36,450 bases of DNA from positions 1 to 36,450 of IMG/VR virus record IMGVR_UViG_3300006111_000003; one strand, written 5' to 3'. Source of the DNA: a virus. Lineage: Duplodnaviria; Caudoviricetes. The notes beneath the pieces were generated by a model that saw nothing but the letters and a program-made list of their open reading frames with translations, was not told the origin of the DNA and made no database searches. Below are positions 1 through 8,244 of this stretch, one piece after another. How positions within the stretch are numbered: the first letter of the stretch is position 1; each line of letters begins with the position of its first letter. Made by a program: the position numbers and the translations under genes.

Positions 1-100
1 TGGAGGCGGGCCAGCACGGTGTTCTTGAAGTAGGCGGCGAGCTCGACACGCTGGTTCTCGTAGGTGCGGGCTCCACCAAGGCCGAGACGTGAGGCGGGCA
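1..100. repeat. 100-bp terminal direct repeat, left copy (circular assembly overlap)
   Basis: Bases 1-100 are identical to 36351-36450, and the portal reading frame continues across the join. Confidence 0.97.
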
Positions 101-1049
101 TGTTCCAGGTTGAGAGCACGTCCTGACGAGCGATGTTCGAGAGCTCGGACCAGCCAGCGCCAGGAGCGGTCGTGCTGAGGGGCTCGTATTTGGTGTCGGT
201 GCCGAAGACGAGCAGCTTGCCCTTGTTGGTCGGGTCGGTCAGGCGGCTGTTTAGCTGGCGCTCGTAGAGGCCGAGCTCCTCGTTCGGGATGTCCTCGTCA
301 AGGACGTTGACGATGCCACCAGGGACGCCAGAGTTCGCCATGAGGCTACGCACGGCGAGGTTCGAGTAGTGGACCGTCGAGATTGGGATGGCGGCGTTGG
401 CGACGAAGGGCTGTGCCTTGTAGGGGTCGCCAGGGAAGACGTAGTGGATGCGGTGGATGCGGCCGACAGCGCTACCGGCGATGGCATACCCGGCTGCGTC
501 GTAGCGGCCAATCTCGATGCCCTGCTGGTTGCGCTCGAGGTAGCCGGCGATCGTGGCTCGGCTGCCGTCCTTGTTGGTCTGGCCGGGGGCGGCCTTGATC
601 ACACTGATGCGACGGTCGTAGAGGGGCGAGAGGGTCACGCCGCCACCGGGGGTGGGCATCTCTTGGAGATAGACCTCGCCGGCGAAGTCGAGCTGGAGGC
701 TGATGTAGGAACGCAGGGCAACGGCGTGCAGGTTCTGGTTCGCAGCGACGTTGAACGCATGGCAGTAGGGGTCGAGCTCGGAGATGTCCTTGCCGGTGCC
801 GAGCTGGCGAGCTCGCATCTCGAAGTTGTCGATGTTGGCCACGTCGGCAGCTACGGCGTTGACGATGGCGGCGAGCAGGGTCTCCTGGCCGTGGCCGTTG
901 TTCACGCCCATCTCTTGACCGAAGCGCAGTTCTTGGAAGCCGCCAGAGCCAGAGCCAATGTTGCTCCAGCCAACCTCACGTGCCTCGGCTGCAGACGCGT
1001 CGTGCTCGGTAGGTGATGGTTGCGTCTTGCGCCGGAAAAGGCTGGCCAC
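1..1049 (-). CDS. Portal protein (HK97-like), N-terminal part; continues at 36350..35255, about 714 aa in total
   Basis: GTG at 1049 with GGAG upstream (MASLFRRKTQ). The frame is open to position 1 and in frame with ORF 35255..36367. It has portal-like motifs (NSGVPGGIV, NKGKLLVF, WNMPASRLG, TYENQ) and follows terL. The ORF track missed it because it spans the origin. Confidence 0.9.
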   Translation of the reverse strand, partial: MASLFRRKTQPSPTEHDASAAEAREVGWSNIGSGSGGFQELRFGQEMGVNNGHGQETLLAAIVNAVAADVANIDNFEMRARQLGTGKDISELDPYCHAFNVAANQNLHAVALRSYISLQLDFAGEVYLQEMPTPGGGVTLSPLYDRRISVIKAAPGQTNKDGSRATIAGYLERNQQGIEIGRYDAAGYAIAGSAVGRIHRIHYVFPGDPYKAQPFVANAAIPISTVHYSNLAVRSLMANSGVPGGIVNVLDEDIPNEELGLYERQLNSRLTDPTNKGKLLVFGTDTKYEPLSTTAPGAGWSELSNIARQDVLSTWNMPASRLGLGGARTYENQRVELAAYFKNTVLARL

Positions 1050-1114
1050 GTCGTCTGCTCCTGTCCGCGTCGATCTGGGGGTTTCCGCGACTGTCCCCCT
1101 TCACAGTTGCTGCG

Positions 1115-2542
1115 CTAGGCCTTGCCCACCACGATCTGGGGTGGTGCGCCCTGCACCAAGGTGCTCTCGTAGGCCATCTGCTCCTCGAGCTCTTCACGCC
1201 CGGCGAAGCGAGCCCGCTTCTTGGGCTTGGTGCTGGCCATGAAGAGGGCGTAGCGAAGCGCATCGGCAGCGTCGTCGTTCTTTTTGACCGGCTTCTCGAC
1301 GGGGTCGCCCTTGGCGTCGACGGCCCAGCGGTAGGAGTTGAGCTCTTGCCAGAGCTTGGGGCAAGCGTCGAGATCGACCACAAGGCTCCCTGAGCTGATG
1401 ACGCCTTGCACGGTGCGGATACCTTCCATGACCGAAGTGGGGCCCTTGGTGGTGTCCTTGACGGGCATCCCACGGCGGCGCTGCGCATTCGTGGTCTGTG
1501 GGAAGTTGATGTCGGACCAGATCACGCTCGGTCGCCAATCGGCAAGCGTTGGGGCGATGAGATCGTGCCAGTCCTGTTCGGTCGCTGCTGGTCGCACCAC
1601 CTCTGCAACGGCGCACCAGGTGGTCCCGGTGCGGGCAAGGATGATGAGGGCGCTGGGGTGCTCGGTGCCGAGGTCCTGGCCGGCGATCACCTCGTCTGCG
1701 GTCTCTGGCGTTGGCCACACCAGTGGGTCATCGATGTTCTCGTCGCAGCGCCAGCCTCGAGAGTTCTTGGTCTGGGTGAGCCCCTTGTAAATCTGGCCTC
1801 GAGCGTTGAGCACCATGCCGAGCACTTCTTGCTCGTAGAGGTCGGTGCCTTCATACATGCTGACGAGCGCAGCCTTCCAGTTCTCGTCGGTGTGGTTGTT
1901 GGCGAACGATGACGGAGGCGGGTCAGGCGGCAGCGACGGGTCGTCCGAGCCGACATAGACAACGCCGGGCATGGGCGCCTTCTTCAACCACTGGCGGCTC
2001 CACCAGTTCTCACCGTCTGGGGTCGTGGCCATCAAGATGCGAGAGGGCGTGCCGTCGGGGAGCTTGAGACGCGTGATGAGGCGAAGCTGGTTCAGAGCCT
2101 CCTCGGGCCAGAACGCCACCTCGTCACCGACGCTGCCGTGGGCGTTGGTGCCTCGAAGAGAGGCGGGACGGTCAGCGCTGCCCAGACGGATCACCGAGCC
2201 GTTGGCGAAGCGGAGCTCGGCCCGACCCGGTGAGCGAGAGAAGGCCTTGTCCCACGATCCACCCTCGAGCAGTGGTTCGAGGTTGTCGCCACCGTTACCG
2301 CCCATGATTTGCCAGCGCAGACCGCCTTCACCCTCAGCGAGCACTCGAATACATTCGGCCCACGTGCGCCCGACGGCCATCCACGTGGTGCTCGGGTAGG
2401 TGAGGGCCATCGTGATCAGCCAGCGAGCCTCGTTCCAGGTCTTGCCCGCACCACGACCGGCGAGAAGGACACAGGTGTGCCACGGGCCGGTCGGGATGAC
2501 CTGGTGCGGCTGCACCTTGATGCGATATTCGAGCTCCATCAC
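1115..2542 (-). CDS. terL: Terminase large subunit
   Basis: Walker A AGRGAGKT, Walker B-like GSVGDE, coupling motif ATTP, and nuclease-domain motifs GQDLG and DDAADALRY. Confidence 0.95.
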   Translation of the reverse strand: MMELEYRIKVQPHQVIPTGPWHTCVLLAGRGAGKTWNEARWLITMALTYPSTTWMAVGRTWAECIRVLAEGEGGLRWQIMGGNGGDNLEPLLEGGSWDKAFSRSPGRAELRFANGSVIRLGSADRPASLRGTNAHGSVGDEVAFWPEEALNQLRLITRLKLPDGTPSRILMATTPDGENWWSRQWLKKAPMPGVVYVGSDDPSLPPDPPPSSFANNHTDENWKAALVSMYEGTDLYEQEVLGMVLNARGQIYKGLTQTKNSRGWRCDENIDDPLVWPTPETADEVIAGQDLGTEHPSALIILARTGTTWCAVAEVVRPAATEQDWHDLIAPTLADWRPSVIWSDINFPQTTNAQRRRGMPVKDTTKGPTSVMEGIRTVQGVISSGSLVVDLDACPKLWQELNSYRWAVDAKGDPVEKPVKKNDDAADALRYALFMASTKPKKRARFAGREELEEQMAYESTLVQGAPPQIVVGKA

Positions 2543-3009
2543 ACCTCCTTCGGCGTGATTTCTTCCACGATGCGCAGGACGGTCACGGGAACGTCGCCGC
2601 TGTGCTCGACCTTCGACGCAGCCTTGGTCCCGGTGAGGTTTGCCATGGCGTCGAGCGCCTTGACCTGTGCAGCGAGCAGGGCAGGAATGCGTGCGTCTTC
2701 ACCGAGCCGCTTCGCACGCTCAAGCGCCTCTGTTGCGTCGACGTAGTTCATCTCCAGGCGCGCGAGCTGCTGGGCGAGGTCATCCATCCCTGCGGCATCT
2801 CGCTCGGTTCGGAGCTCGGCACGTCGAGCGTGGTAGTTCGGGCCGACGGAGTTGTAGTGGCAGCCGACGCGCTTGGCCACTTCTCGGTAGGGGACGCCTT
2901 GCGTGACGAGGCGGAAGATGGCGTCGACCTGCTCGTCGGTCAGCTTCTTGCGAGCGCTGGCCCGCTTGGGCGCCTTGGGCTCGTTGGGGGTTGCGTCACA
3001 GTCAGTCAC
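2539..3009 (-). CDS. terS: Terminase small subunit (N-terminal HTH)
   Basis: HTH (GVPYREVAKRVGCH), helical core and C-terminal KVEHSG. It overlaps the terL start by 4 nt. Confidence 0.8.
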   Translation of the reverse strand: MTDCDATPNEPKAPKRASARKKLTDEQVDAIFRLVTQGVPYREVAKRVGCHYNSVGPNYHARRAELRTERDAAGMDDLAQQLARLEMNYVDATEALERAKRLGEDARIPALLAAQVKALDAMANLTGTKAASKVEHSGDVPVTVLRIVEEITPKEV

Positions 3010-3027
3010 AAGGGCGACGGTTGCTGG

Positions 3028-3204
3028 TCACCCTTCTCTGTAGAGCTGCCCGCAGTCCATGCAGAGGCCTCCACCGATGAGCTCCTCCACCGACGTGGGG
3101 GTCGAGACGCCCAAGATGACCATGACGATGTCGGCTCCGCAGTGCTCGCAGGCAGTGTCGTAGAGCTCGGGCATCCAGCCGATCACGGTGTAGGAGAAGT
3201 TCAC
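3028..3204 (-). CDS. Small zinc-ribbon protein (58 aa)
   Basis: CEHC...CMDC. The GTG at 3204 was chosen because the longer ORF overlaps the tRNA and a late-motif variant (3211-3221) lies 6 nt upstream. Confidence 0.55.
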   Translation of the reverse strand: MNFSYTVIGWMPELYDTACEHCGADIVMVILGVSTPTSVEELIGGGLCMDCGQLYREG

Positions 3205-3228
3205 ACCGGAGAGGCTTGCTGAGCAGAT

Positions 3229-3305
3229 TGGCGATCCGGACGGGGCTCGAACCCGCAACCTCTGCCGTGACAGGGCAGTGCGCTTACCAGTTGCGCTACC
3301 GGACC
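3229..3305 (-). tRNA. tRNA-Asp (anticodon GUC), CCA encoded
   Basis: Full cloverleaf: GGTCCGG-TA-GCGC-AACTGGTAA-GCGC-A-CTGCC-CTGTCAC-GGCAG-AGGTT-GCGGG-TTCGAGC-CCCGT-CCGGATC-G-CCA, with discriminator G. Confidence 0.95.
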
Positions 3306-3311
3306 ATGTAG

Positions 3312-3578
3312 CTACACGGTGGATGCGGCCCAGCCCAGGGCAACGAACCTCTTGGCCGTGGCCATCAAGTGCTCGGGCGTCCCAATGGCACCTTCGAAGA
3401 GAGGTTGTAGGTCGTGCTCGATCACGAACTTGGCGACGTCGGCGTAGAGCCAGACAGCATGACGGTCGATGCCTTCTGGACCCCACGACGCCAACAAGAA
3501 GGGCCAGACGAGCTTCCATTCCTCTTCGGTGGGCAAGCCGTCCATCAGCTCGTCTGGTGCGACGGTGGTGTTGGTCAT
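3312..3578 (-). CDS. Hypothetical protein (88 aa)
   Basis: GAGGAG RBS before the ATG, phage-like codon usage and an upstream promoter-like motif at 3622-3649. Confidence 0.7.
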   Translation of the reverse strand: MTNTTVAPDELMDGLPTEEEWKLVWPFLLASWGPEGIDRHAVWLYADVAKFVIEHDLQPLFEGAIGTPEHLMATAKRFVALGWAASTV

Positions 3579-3621
3579 GGTGTCTCCTCGATCAGTGCCG
3601 GCGGGGGTGCCGACAAGAAGA

Positions 3622-3649
3622 CATGTCCAGGGCTCTTGCCAGATTGCCA
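3622..3649 (-). promoter_or_regulatory. Putative promoter TGGCAATC-N14-GACATG for the 3578 gene and tRNA-Asp
   Basis: Same spacing as the copies at 5823, 15803, 33811 and 34112; the downstream hexamer is a weaker match. Confidence 0.45.
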
Positions 3650-3654
3650 GTCTC

Positions 3655-4083
3655 CTAGGAGATCAGTCCCTTAATGAAGGTCTGGGCCTCGAAGTCCGAT
3701 GCGCTCGCTACGTGGGCGCCGCCGTGGCCACGGTGGTGGAACACGCAAAGCCACTCGAGGTTCTCGGCGCTCTCAACCCAAGCGCCGACGGCATCAGGAT
3801 CGGAGACGCCGGGATAGACATGCTCGAGCAGAGCTAGATCGACGTCGTTCATCAGTGCGAACTCGATGTGGGCATGGTGGAGCTCGAGCGGTTGGGTCAG
3901 ATCACAGTCCGAGAAGTCGCCACGTCGACTGCCTACAGCGCATTGTGCAGTCTTGTGGGTGCGGCGGCGATAGGCGTCGAAGTCCCGGTAGTGCGGGTCA
4001 TCCTCACGAGCCTCGTGTGCCGGGTAGCGAACGGTGTAGTGGTGAGTGACTGCCCTCGTGTGCGCTGGGGTCTCGCCGGCCAT
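3655..4083 (-). CDS. HNH-like endonuclease (possible terminase cofactor)
   Basis: ELHH...NLEWLCVFHHRG motif, located upstream of terS. The ATG at 4083 is preceded by the late motif at 4091-4101. Confidence 0.65.
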   Translation of the reverse strand: MAGETPAHTRAVTHHYTVRYPAHEAREDDPHYRDFDAYRRRTHKTAQCAVGSRRGDFSDCDLTQPLELHHAHIEFALMNDVDLALLEHVYPGVSDPDAVGAWVESAENLEWLCVFHHRGHGGAHVASASDFEAQTFIKGLIS

Positions 4084-4103
4084 GGGCCGAGACGGTTGCT
4101 GGA

Positions 4104-4331
4104 CTAGGCGCCGGAGACCATAACGGCGACGGTGCCGGTGCCGGTGGCCACGCAAGCGAAGACGGGACCACGGCCGTACCAGGCGTCGCCGGGGTTGAGC
4201 TGCAAACCAAGCGCCGGGGTGCAGGTGTCGGCCGTCGAGTTGATGAAGACGACAGAGGTGCCGGTGTTCTGCACGTCACCAGGCTCGATCGCTGCAGCAA
4301 GAACCAGGGCGGGGGTGGTGGTGATGTTCAT
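4104..4331 (-). CDS. Small beta-rich probable virion protein (75 aa)
   Basis: TAATG coupling to the upstream gene; Thr/Gly/Val-rich composition. Confidence 0.6.
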   Translation of the reverse strand: MNITTTPALVLAAAIEPGDVQNTGTSVVFINSTADTCTPALGLQLNPGDAWYGRGPVFACVATGTGTVAVMVSGA

Positions 4332-5365
4332 TAGCTGATGCTCCACTTCTGTGCGATGTAGGCCTCCAACGAAGCCATCTCGGCGTCGCTGATCTGACGG
4401 TTGAAGATCATGATTTCGCCCACGTTCATGCCAAGGGCCAAACCGCCGGGCACGGGGTTGTAGATGAGGGGGCTGGAGGGGCTGGGGTTGATCGGCATGT
4501 TGCCGGTGTTGCCCGAGGCAATCGAGACGCCGTTGCGAAGGAGCGATGAGGCCTCACCACCGATGGCTGAGAAGCGCGCGGCGATCGACTGTGGACCGCC
4601 GTGGACAGGGAGCCCGGCCAGGCTGTTGCCGCTCCAGAGCGAAATCCGCCCGCCGTTGTAGATGCCAAGCACGCCGCTGCTGCCGGCAGTGATTAAGGCA
4701 TTCCCATCCCAGCCGCTCAACGCGGGGTTGCCGGGGGTGCTGGCACTGGCGCCAATGTCAGCGACGAGGACGTAGGTGTAGTGCGAAAAGGAACCGACGA
4801 CTGGCAACTGCAGATTGTTGGCGTTGAGGACCTGGCGGCCACCGATCTGGGCGGTGGCGACAATAGATGGGTTTCCCGAACCAGGAACAGGAGCTGCGTA
4901 GTTTCCCATGCCAGCCTTGTTCAGCCAGCTGACGAGGTGGCCATTGGCGTCAAGGTTGATCGTGCCGTTGTCGGTGGCGTCATGCCAAGCCACCAGGCCA
5001 GAGATGCTGACAGGCGAGAAGGGCTGCAAGACGGCGCCCGAGACCACGGCGTGGCCATCGTCCACATACTCGACCAGCACCTGCTGGCCGACGCTGGGCA
5101 AGGCCGCCATGGAGCACTCGGCTGCGGCTTCGTAGCCACCGGTGGCGAATGAGACGGCCACGGTCTTGGCAATCTGGTCGAGGCTGATCACCGAGCCGAT
5201 GCGAGAGGGCTGCGGTGGGGTCGGCAGGTTCATGTTCTCCCAGGTGTTGCCGCCAGCGACATAGGTGAGGACTTGACCATCGACAAGGTCGGACACGGTG
5301 ACGTCCGCCAGCTGCGCCAGGTCAGACGCGCCGGCTGAGCCAGAGGATCGCTTGGGAATGAGCAC
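4331..5365 (-). CDS. LamG/concanavalin A-like domain virion protein with an N-terminal fibre-like motif and an OB-fold-like segment
   Basis: LamG-like motifs GLVAWHDATD and VGEIMIFNRQISDAEMASLEAY; N-terminal DLADV..DGQVLTY...W.N; LPSVGQQVLVEY. AGGAG RBS. Confidence 0.7.
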   Translation of the reverse strand: MLIPKRSSGSAGASDLAQLADVTVSDLVDGQVLTYVAGGNTWENMNLPTPPQPSRIGSVISLDQIAKTVAVSFATGGYEAAAECSMAALPSVGQQVLVEYVDDGHAVVSGAVLQPFSPVSISGLVAWHDATDNGTINLDANGHLVSWLNKAGMGNYAAPVPGSGNPSIVATAQIGGRQVLNANNLQLPVVGSFSHYTYVLVADIGASASTPGNPALSGWDGNALITAGSSGVLGIYNGGRISLWSGNSLAGLPVHGGPQSIAARFSAIGGEASSLLRNGVSIASGNTGNMPINPSPSSPLIYNPVPGGLALGMNVGEIMIFNRQISDAEMASLEAYIAQKWSIS

Positions 5366-5393
5366 GGGGGAACTCCTGACGACGGGATGGCTT

Positions 5394-5738
5394 CTACGGT
5401 TGCTGCGGGCAGGCGGTCACCGAGACCTGGCTCTCGGGAGTTGGTAGGTCTGCCTGGTAGCAGGTCGACCCGAGCGACCACACAATGGTCGTGCCCACAG
5501 CAGTTGTGCTGCCCTGTGAGCTGGCGTCGTTGGCGGTGTCGAAGAGAACTGTCGGCCAGTCACCGCCACCCATGTTGTAAGTGGCCTGTGCCATCTGGTC
5601 GACGTTCTCGATCGAGTTGAGAGCGACGACCTGGGAGGCGCTGTCGACCACAGGTGAGTTGCCCGATGCGTCGAGAGCAGCGAGGGAGCCGACCGTAATC
5701 AGGGCGAGCAAGGCGGAGATGATGGTGGTTGGGGTCAT
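5394..5738 (-). CDS. Membrane-anchored/secreted protein with pilin-like layout (114 aa)
   Basis: GGAGG RBS, N-terminal hydrophobic helix and a C-terminal Cys pair. Confidence 0.65.
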   Translation of the reverse strand: MTPTTIISALLALITVGSLAALDASGNSPVVDSASQVVALNSIENVDQMAQATYNMGGGDWPTVLFDTANDASSQGSTTAVGTTIVWSLGSTCYQADLPTPESQVSVTACPQQP

Positions 5739-5778
5739 TGCCTCCACCGTCCACGCACCGGACGCTCGGGCAACCTTG

Positions 5779-5800
5779 TGTCACCCAAACGGGTGATTCT
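5779..5800. promoter_or_regulatory. Palindromic operator-like site TGTCACCCAAACGGGTGATTCT (copy 1)
   Basis: Exact 22-bp match to 8929-8950; dyad TCACCC-N4-GGGTGA; lies in a divergent intergenic region. Confidence 0.7.
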
Positions 5801-5822
5801 TCGAGATCCTGTCGAAAACCAC

Positions 5823-5850
5823 TTGCAATCCGGCGAGGGGCGCGCACTCT
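5823..5850 (+). promoter_or_regulatory. Putative promoter TTGCAATC-N14-CACTCT
   Basis: Shared bipartite motif with fixed spacing, at the head of the 6009-6777 unit. Confidence 0.55.
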
Positions 5851-5874
5851 ACATATCAGCAATACAAACAAGCT

Positions 5875-5972
5875 GTTGAGAGGTGCGAAGGGCATCCGGT
5901 GCAGGTGCGCATCCCTTCCCCGGGTGTCCTTCGGACCTCTCAACCAAACACCAAGGTCCCCGGTTCGGGGCC
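5875..5972 (+). ncRNA. Structured leader or candidate small RNA: 25-bp stem with a 20-nt loop, plus a second short hairpin
   Basis: 5875-5899 pairs with 5920-5944 (one mismatch; the two G-U pairs work only on the + strand). Second hairpin at about 5955-5972. Confidence 0.45.
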
Positions 5973-6008
5973 GTGGGCTCCGAGCTGTCACAAGCAAAGG
6001 AATCACCC

Positions 6009-6350
6009 ATGACCCCCACCAAGAAGCCGCAGTCTGGCCTTCCGACGCTCGAGGAACTCACCTACGAGCTACTGGACGAACTCGATGAGAAGTTCATCGA
6101 GGTGCTCCACATCACCCTTCGTGTCGAAGCCGGTGAGGAAGTCGGATCCTGTGACCTGCTCAAGGTCCTGGACTACTACATCCCCGAGCTCGAGGCGATG
6201 ATCAGCTACGGCTGTGACCCTTCGGATGCTGCAGCCACGATCCGGCTGGCCGCTGATGCCCTCTGCGAGGAAGTTGGCGAAACGGTGCTGGCGCTAGTCT
6301 TGAACGACTTGTCGTGGCCGGGATATCGGCTCGTCTTTCCGGAGGCTTGA
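6009..6350 (+). CDS. Hypothetical acidic protein (113 aa)
   Basis: AAAGGA RBS before ATG 6009; good codon usage. Confidence 0.7.
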   Translation: MTPTKKPQSGLPTLEELTYELLDELDEKFIEVLHITLRVEAGEEVGSCDLLKVLDYYIPELEAMISYGCDPSDAAATIRLAADALCEEVGETVLALVLNDLSWPGYRLVFPEA

Positions 6351-6351
6351 C

Positions 6352-6777
6352 ATGCAGAGCCCAAGACCCAGCGATGACGGGCTGCCCGAGTTCACAACTG
6401 GTTATGTTGAGCCGGGTGGCAAGCGAGTCAAGCTCGCAATCCTCACCAAGTGGAAGGAAGAATACAACTTCCAACCGCCTGAACGCCCTCTCTCATCACG
6501 AGATCAGGCATTCCTGAACGTCGAGCTCGAAGTGACGGCCCGATACGTTTTCCAGGCAGTGACCTTGTGGACGATCGGAATGTATTCCGAGGGCTCGACT
6601 GTGAACCTTGAGACGCCTAGGGGCGTCATCGAGTTCCTAACCCCCGTGCTCCTCGAGCACTGGACACCTGAGCGTGTGGCCGAGATCTTCGTCTCGATAA
6701 GTGACAGTGACCTCATCGAGATCATCGATCCCTACAGCCTCAAGCCCCTGCAGATCCTCGCCCCCGAGCAGGACTGA
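6352..6777 (+). CDS. Hypothetical protein (141 aa)
   Basis: GGAGG RBS, adjacent to the upstream stop and followed by a terminator. Confidence 0.7.
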   Translation: MQSPRPSDDGLPEFTTGYVEPGGKRVKLAILTKWKEEYNFQPPERPLSSRDQAFLNVELEVTARYVFQAVTLWTIGMYSEGSTVNLETPRGVIEFLTPVLLEHWTPERVAEIFVSISDSDLIEIIDPYSLKPLQILAPEQD

Positions 6778-6782
6778 ATCAC

Positions 6783-6821
6783 AGCACCCCCCTTCCGGAT
6801 CTACTGGACGGGGGGTGCTTT
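6783..6821. terminator. Intrinsic terminator between convergent genes
   Basis: AGCACCCCCC...GGGGGGTGCT stem followed by TT. Confidence 0.7.
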
Positions 6822-7012
6822 CATGTTCGGACCACGTTGGGTGCCGTAGTAGTTGTGGTGGTGGTGCTCTCCACCGCCGTCGAGATGGGAGCAGGTCCTC
6901 GGCAGGACAAGATGGCCGTGTGGACTGGCCACTGCGTCGGAGCCGGTGCTGGCCAGAAGAAGTAGGTGCCCACTGCCGCCAAGATGAGCGCTACGCCGAT
7001 GGCCCGTCTCAT
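6821..7012 (-). CDS. Small membrane protein with a Thr-rich tail (63 aa)
   Basis: ATGA overlap with the upstream gene; TM segment MRRAIGVALILAAVGTYFFW and a STTTTTTT tract. Confidence 0.6.
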   Translation of the reverse strand: MRRAIGVALILAAVGTYFFWPAPAPTQWPVHTAILSCRGPAPISTAVESTTTTTTTAPNVVRT

Positions 7013-7428
7013 CCGAGCATCATTTCTGCGATCTCGACCCCGGTTAGCGTGCCGCCATGTCTCAAGGCGATCTGCTCGGCACGGTCCCAGAGCTCTGGCG
7101 TCAGGTCCGCGCCGCCACTGGCCTCGTCCCAGTAGATGACGAACCACCGGGCCGCAGCGCTCTGAGTGAAGACGTAGCCGGGGCAATAGCCGGGGCTGTG
7201 GAGCACGCAGTTGCGCACCGTGCCGAAGCATGTCCCGCAGTAGGCGCAGACCACACAGGCGAAGCGCTTCGGTGGGAGCTGCTTCTGGACGAAGCTCGCA
7301 CCCCGCACACCGGGTTTCTTGTAAGCCAGTAGCCAGTCGTTGGCACAGTCCTCAGAGCAGCAGGCAAGCCACCCACCCTCGGGTAGGTTCACGATCCAGG
7401 CGCCAGGGAGTTCTCTTTGTTCTTCCAT
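7009..7428 (-). CDS. Cys-rich putative metal-binding protein (139 aa)
   Basis: GGAGGAGG RBS before ATG 7428; CCSEDC and CVVCAYCGTC motifs. Confidence 0.7.
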   Translation of the reverse strand: MEEQRELPGAWIVNLPEGGWLACCSEDCANDWLLAYKKPGVRGASFVQKQLPPKRFACVVCAYCGTCFGTVRNCVLHSPGYCPGYVFTQSAAARWFVIYWDEASGGADLTPELWDRAEQIALRHGGTLTGVEIAEMMLG

Positions 7429-7612
7429 TGTTGGCCTCCTCCCGGGTGCGCTTGTTCGGTGCAGATTGGCCACCGGTTGACCGTTCGCACCAGGGAGAGC
7501 GTGTCCGACGAGGTTTCCGTCGCACACTCCGCCTGGCGACATCCGCAGTCGGTCTTCGTGCGCATCTGGATCGGCCCCCACTGCTGGTGCTCGTGCGCAA
7601 CAATCGGCCCCC

Positions 7613-7960
7613 ATGGACGACTTCCTGGCCACCGTTGCCTGGCTGCGCAACCATCCGCTGGTCAAGCGCCTGACGCTCGAGCGCTTCTGCTCCTCAGATG
7701 CTGCGCAACGCCAGCACTGGCAGGCTCATGATGTGGCCAACGAGCCCATCGGTGAGCCAGGGACCATGCGCCAGGCTATCGAGGTCATCACCACTCGCTA
7801 CGAGGTCGATCCCCACCGGGAGCACCCTTCGCTACCGCACCGGGGCTACATCGATTTCATCGAGGACGAGCGGATCACCGGCCACTGGCAGATGATCTAC
7901 GTCTGGGACGTCGACGGCGAGTTCGAGCACTACGAGATCTACATGGCGACCCCGCTGTGA
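7613..7960 (+). CDS. Hypothetical protein (115 aa)
   Basis: Open frame with strong GC3 bias; no recognised family. Confidence 0.65.
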   Translation: MDDFLATVAWLRNHPLVKRLTLERFCSSDAAQRQHWQAHDVANEPIGEPGTMRQAIEVITTRYEVDPHREHPSLPHRGYIDFIEDERITGHWQMIYVWDVDGEFEHYEIYMATPL

Positions 7961-7982
7961 CGTTGGCTACCGGTTGCCCTTC

Positions 7983-8153
7983 GCTCCACTCTGGGTCATC
8001 GCACGGCAGAAAGATCACCTTGTCCCTGAACACGTCAGGGTCATACTCCAAGTAGGCGTTCATCTCACGTTCGATGTCGGCCCACTGGGTGTAGAACTCG
8101 TCGTTCTTAGCGTTCTTAGCGTTCTTGGCGTTAGCAAGGTTCGAGTTGGCCAC
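7983..8153 (-). pseudogene. Truncated N-terminus of an EcoRI-family adenine methyltransferase
   Basis: NSNLANAK..KNDEFYTQWADIEREMNAYLEYDPDVFRDKVIFLPCDDPEWS matches the family N-terminus as I recall it. Similarity stops after about 57 codons, and the frame runs on antisense into the 7613-7960 gene. Confidence 0.8.
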
Positions 8154-8244
8154 CGATGGATTCTCCAAGATAGTTGTCTCCAGGAGTGGATGTTTAACCG
8201 GCCCATGCGACGCGGAAGTCGGCGGGGACGCAGCGGGTGGGCGC

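Noticed and set aside
369-1016. Long opposite-strand ORFs (also 9758..10963, 19862..20956, 21769..22593 and others)
   Set aside because: These are antisense shadows of well-supported genes, expected at high GC3.
3205-3519. N-terminal part of ORF 3028..3519
   Set aside because: It overlaps tRNA-Asp and the 3312-3578 gene; only the last 58 codons look coding.
4331-4500. Diversity-generating retroelement target at the LamG C-terminus
   Set aside because: I found no reverse transcriptase and no template repeat.
7389-7565. 58-codon minus-strand ORF (MRTKTDCGC...)
   Set aside because: It has no clear RBS, weak codon bias and a 40-nt overlap with the better supported 7428 gene.
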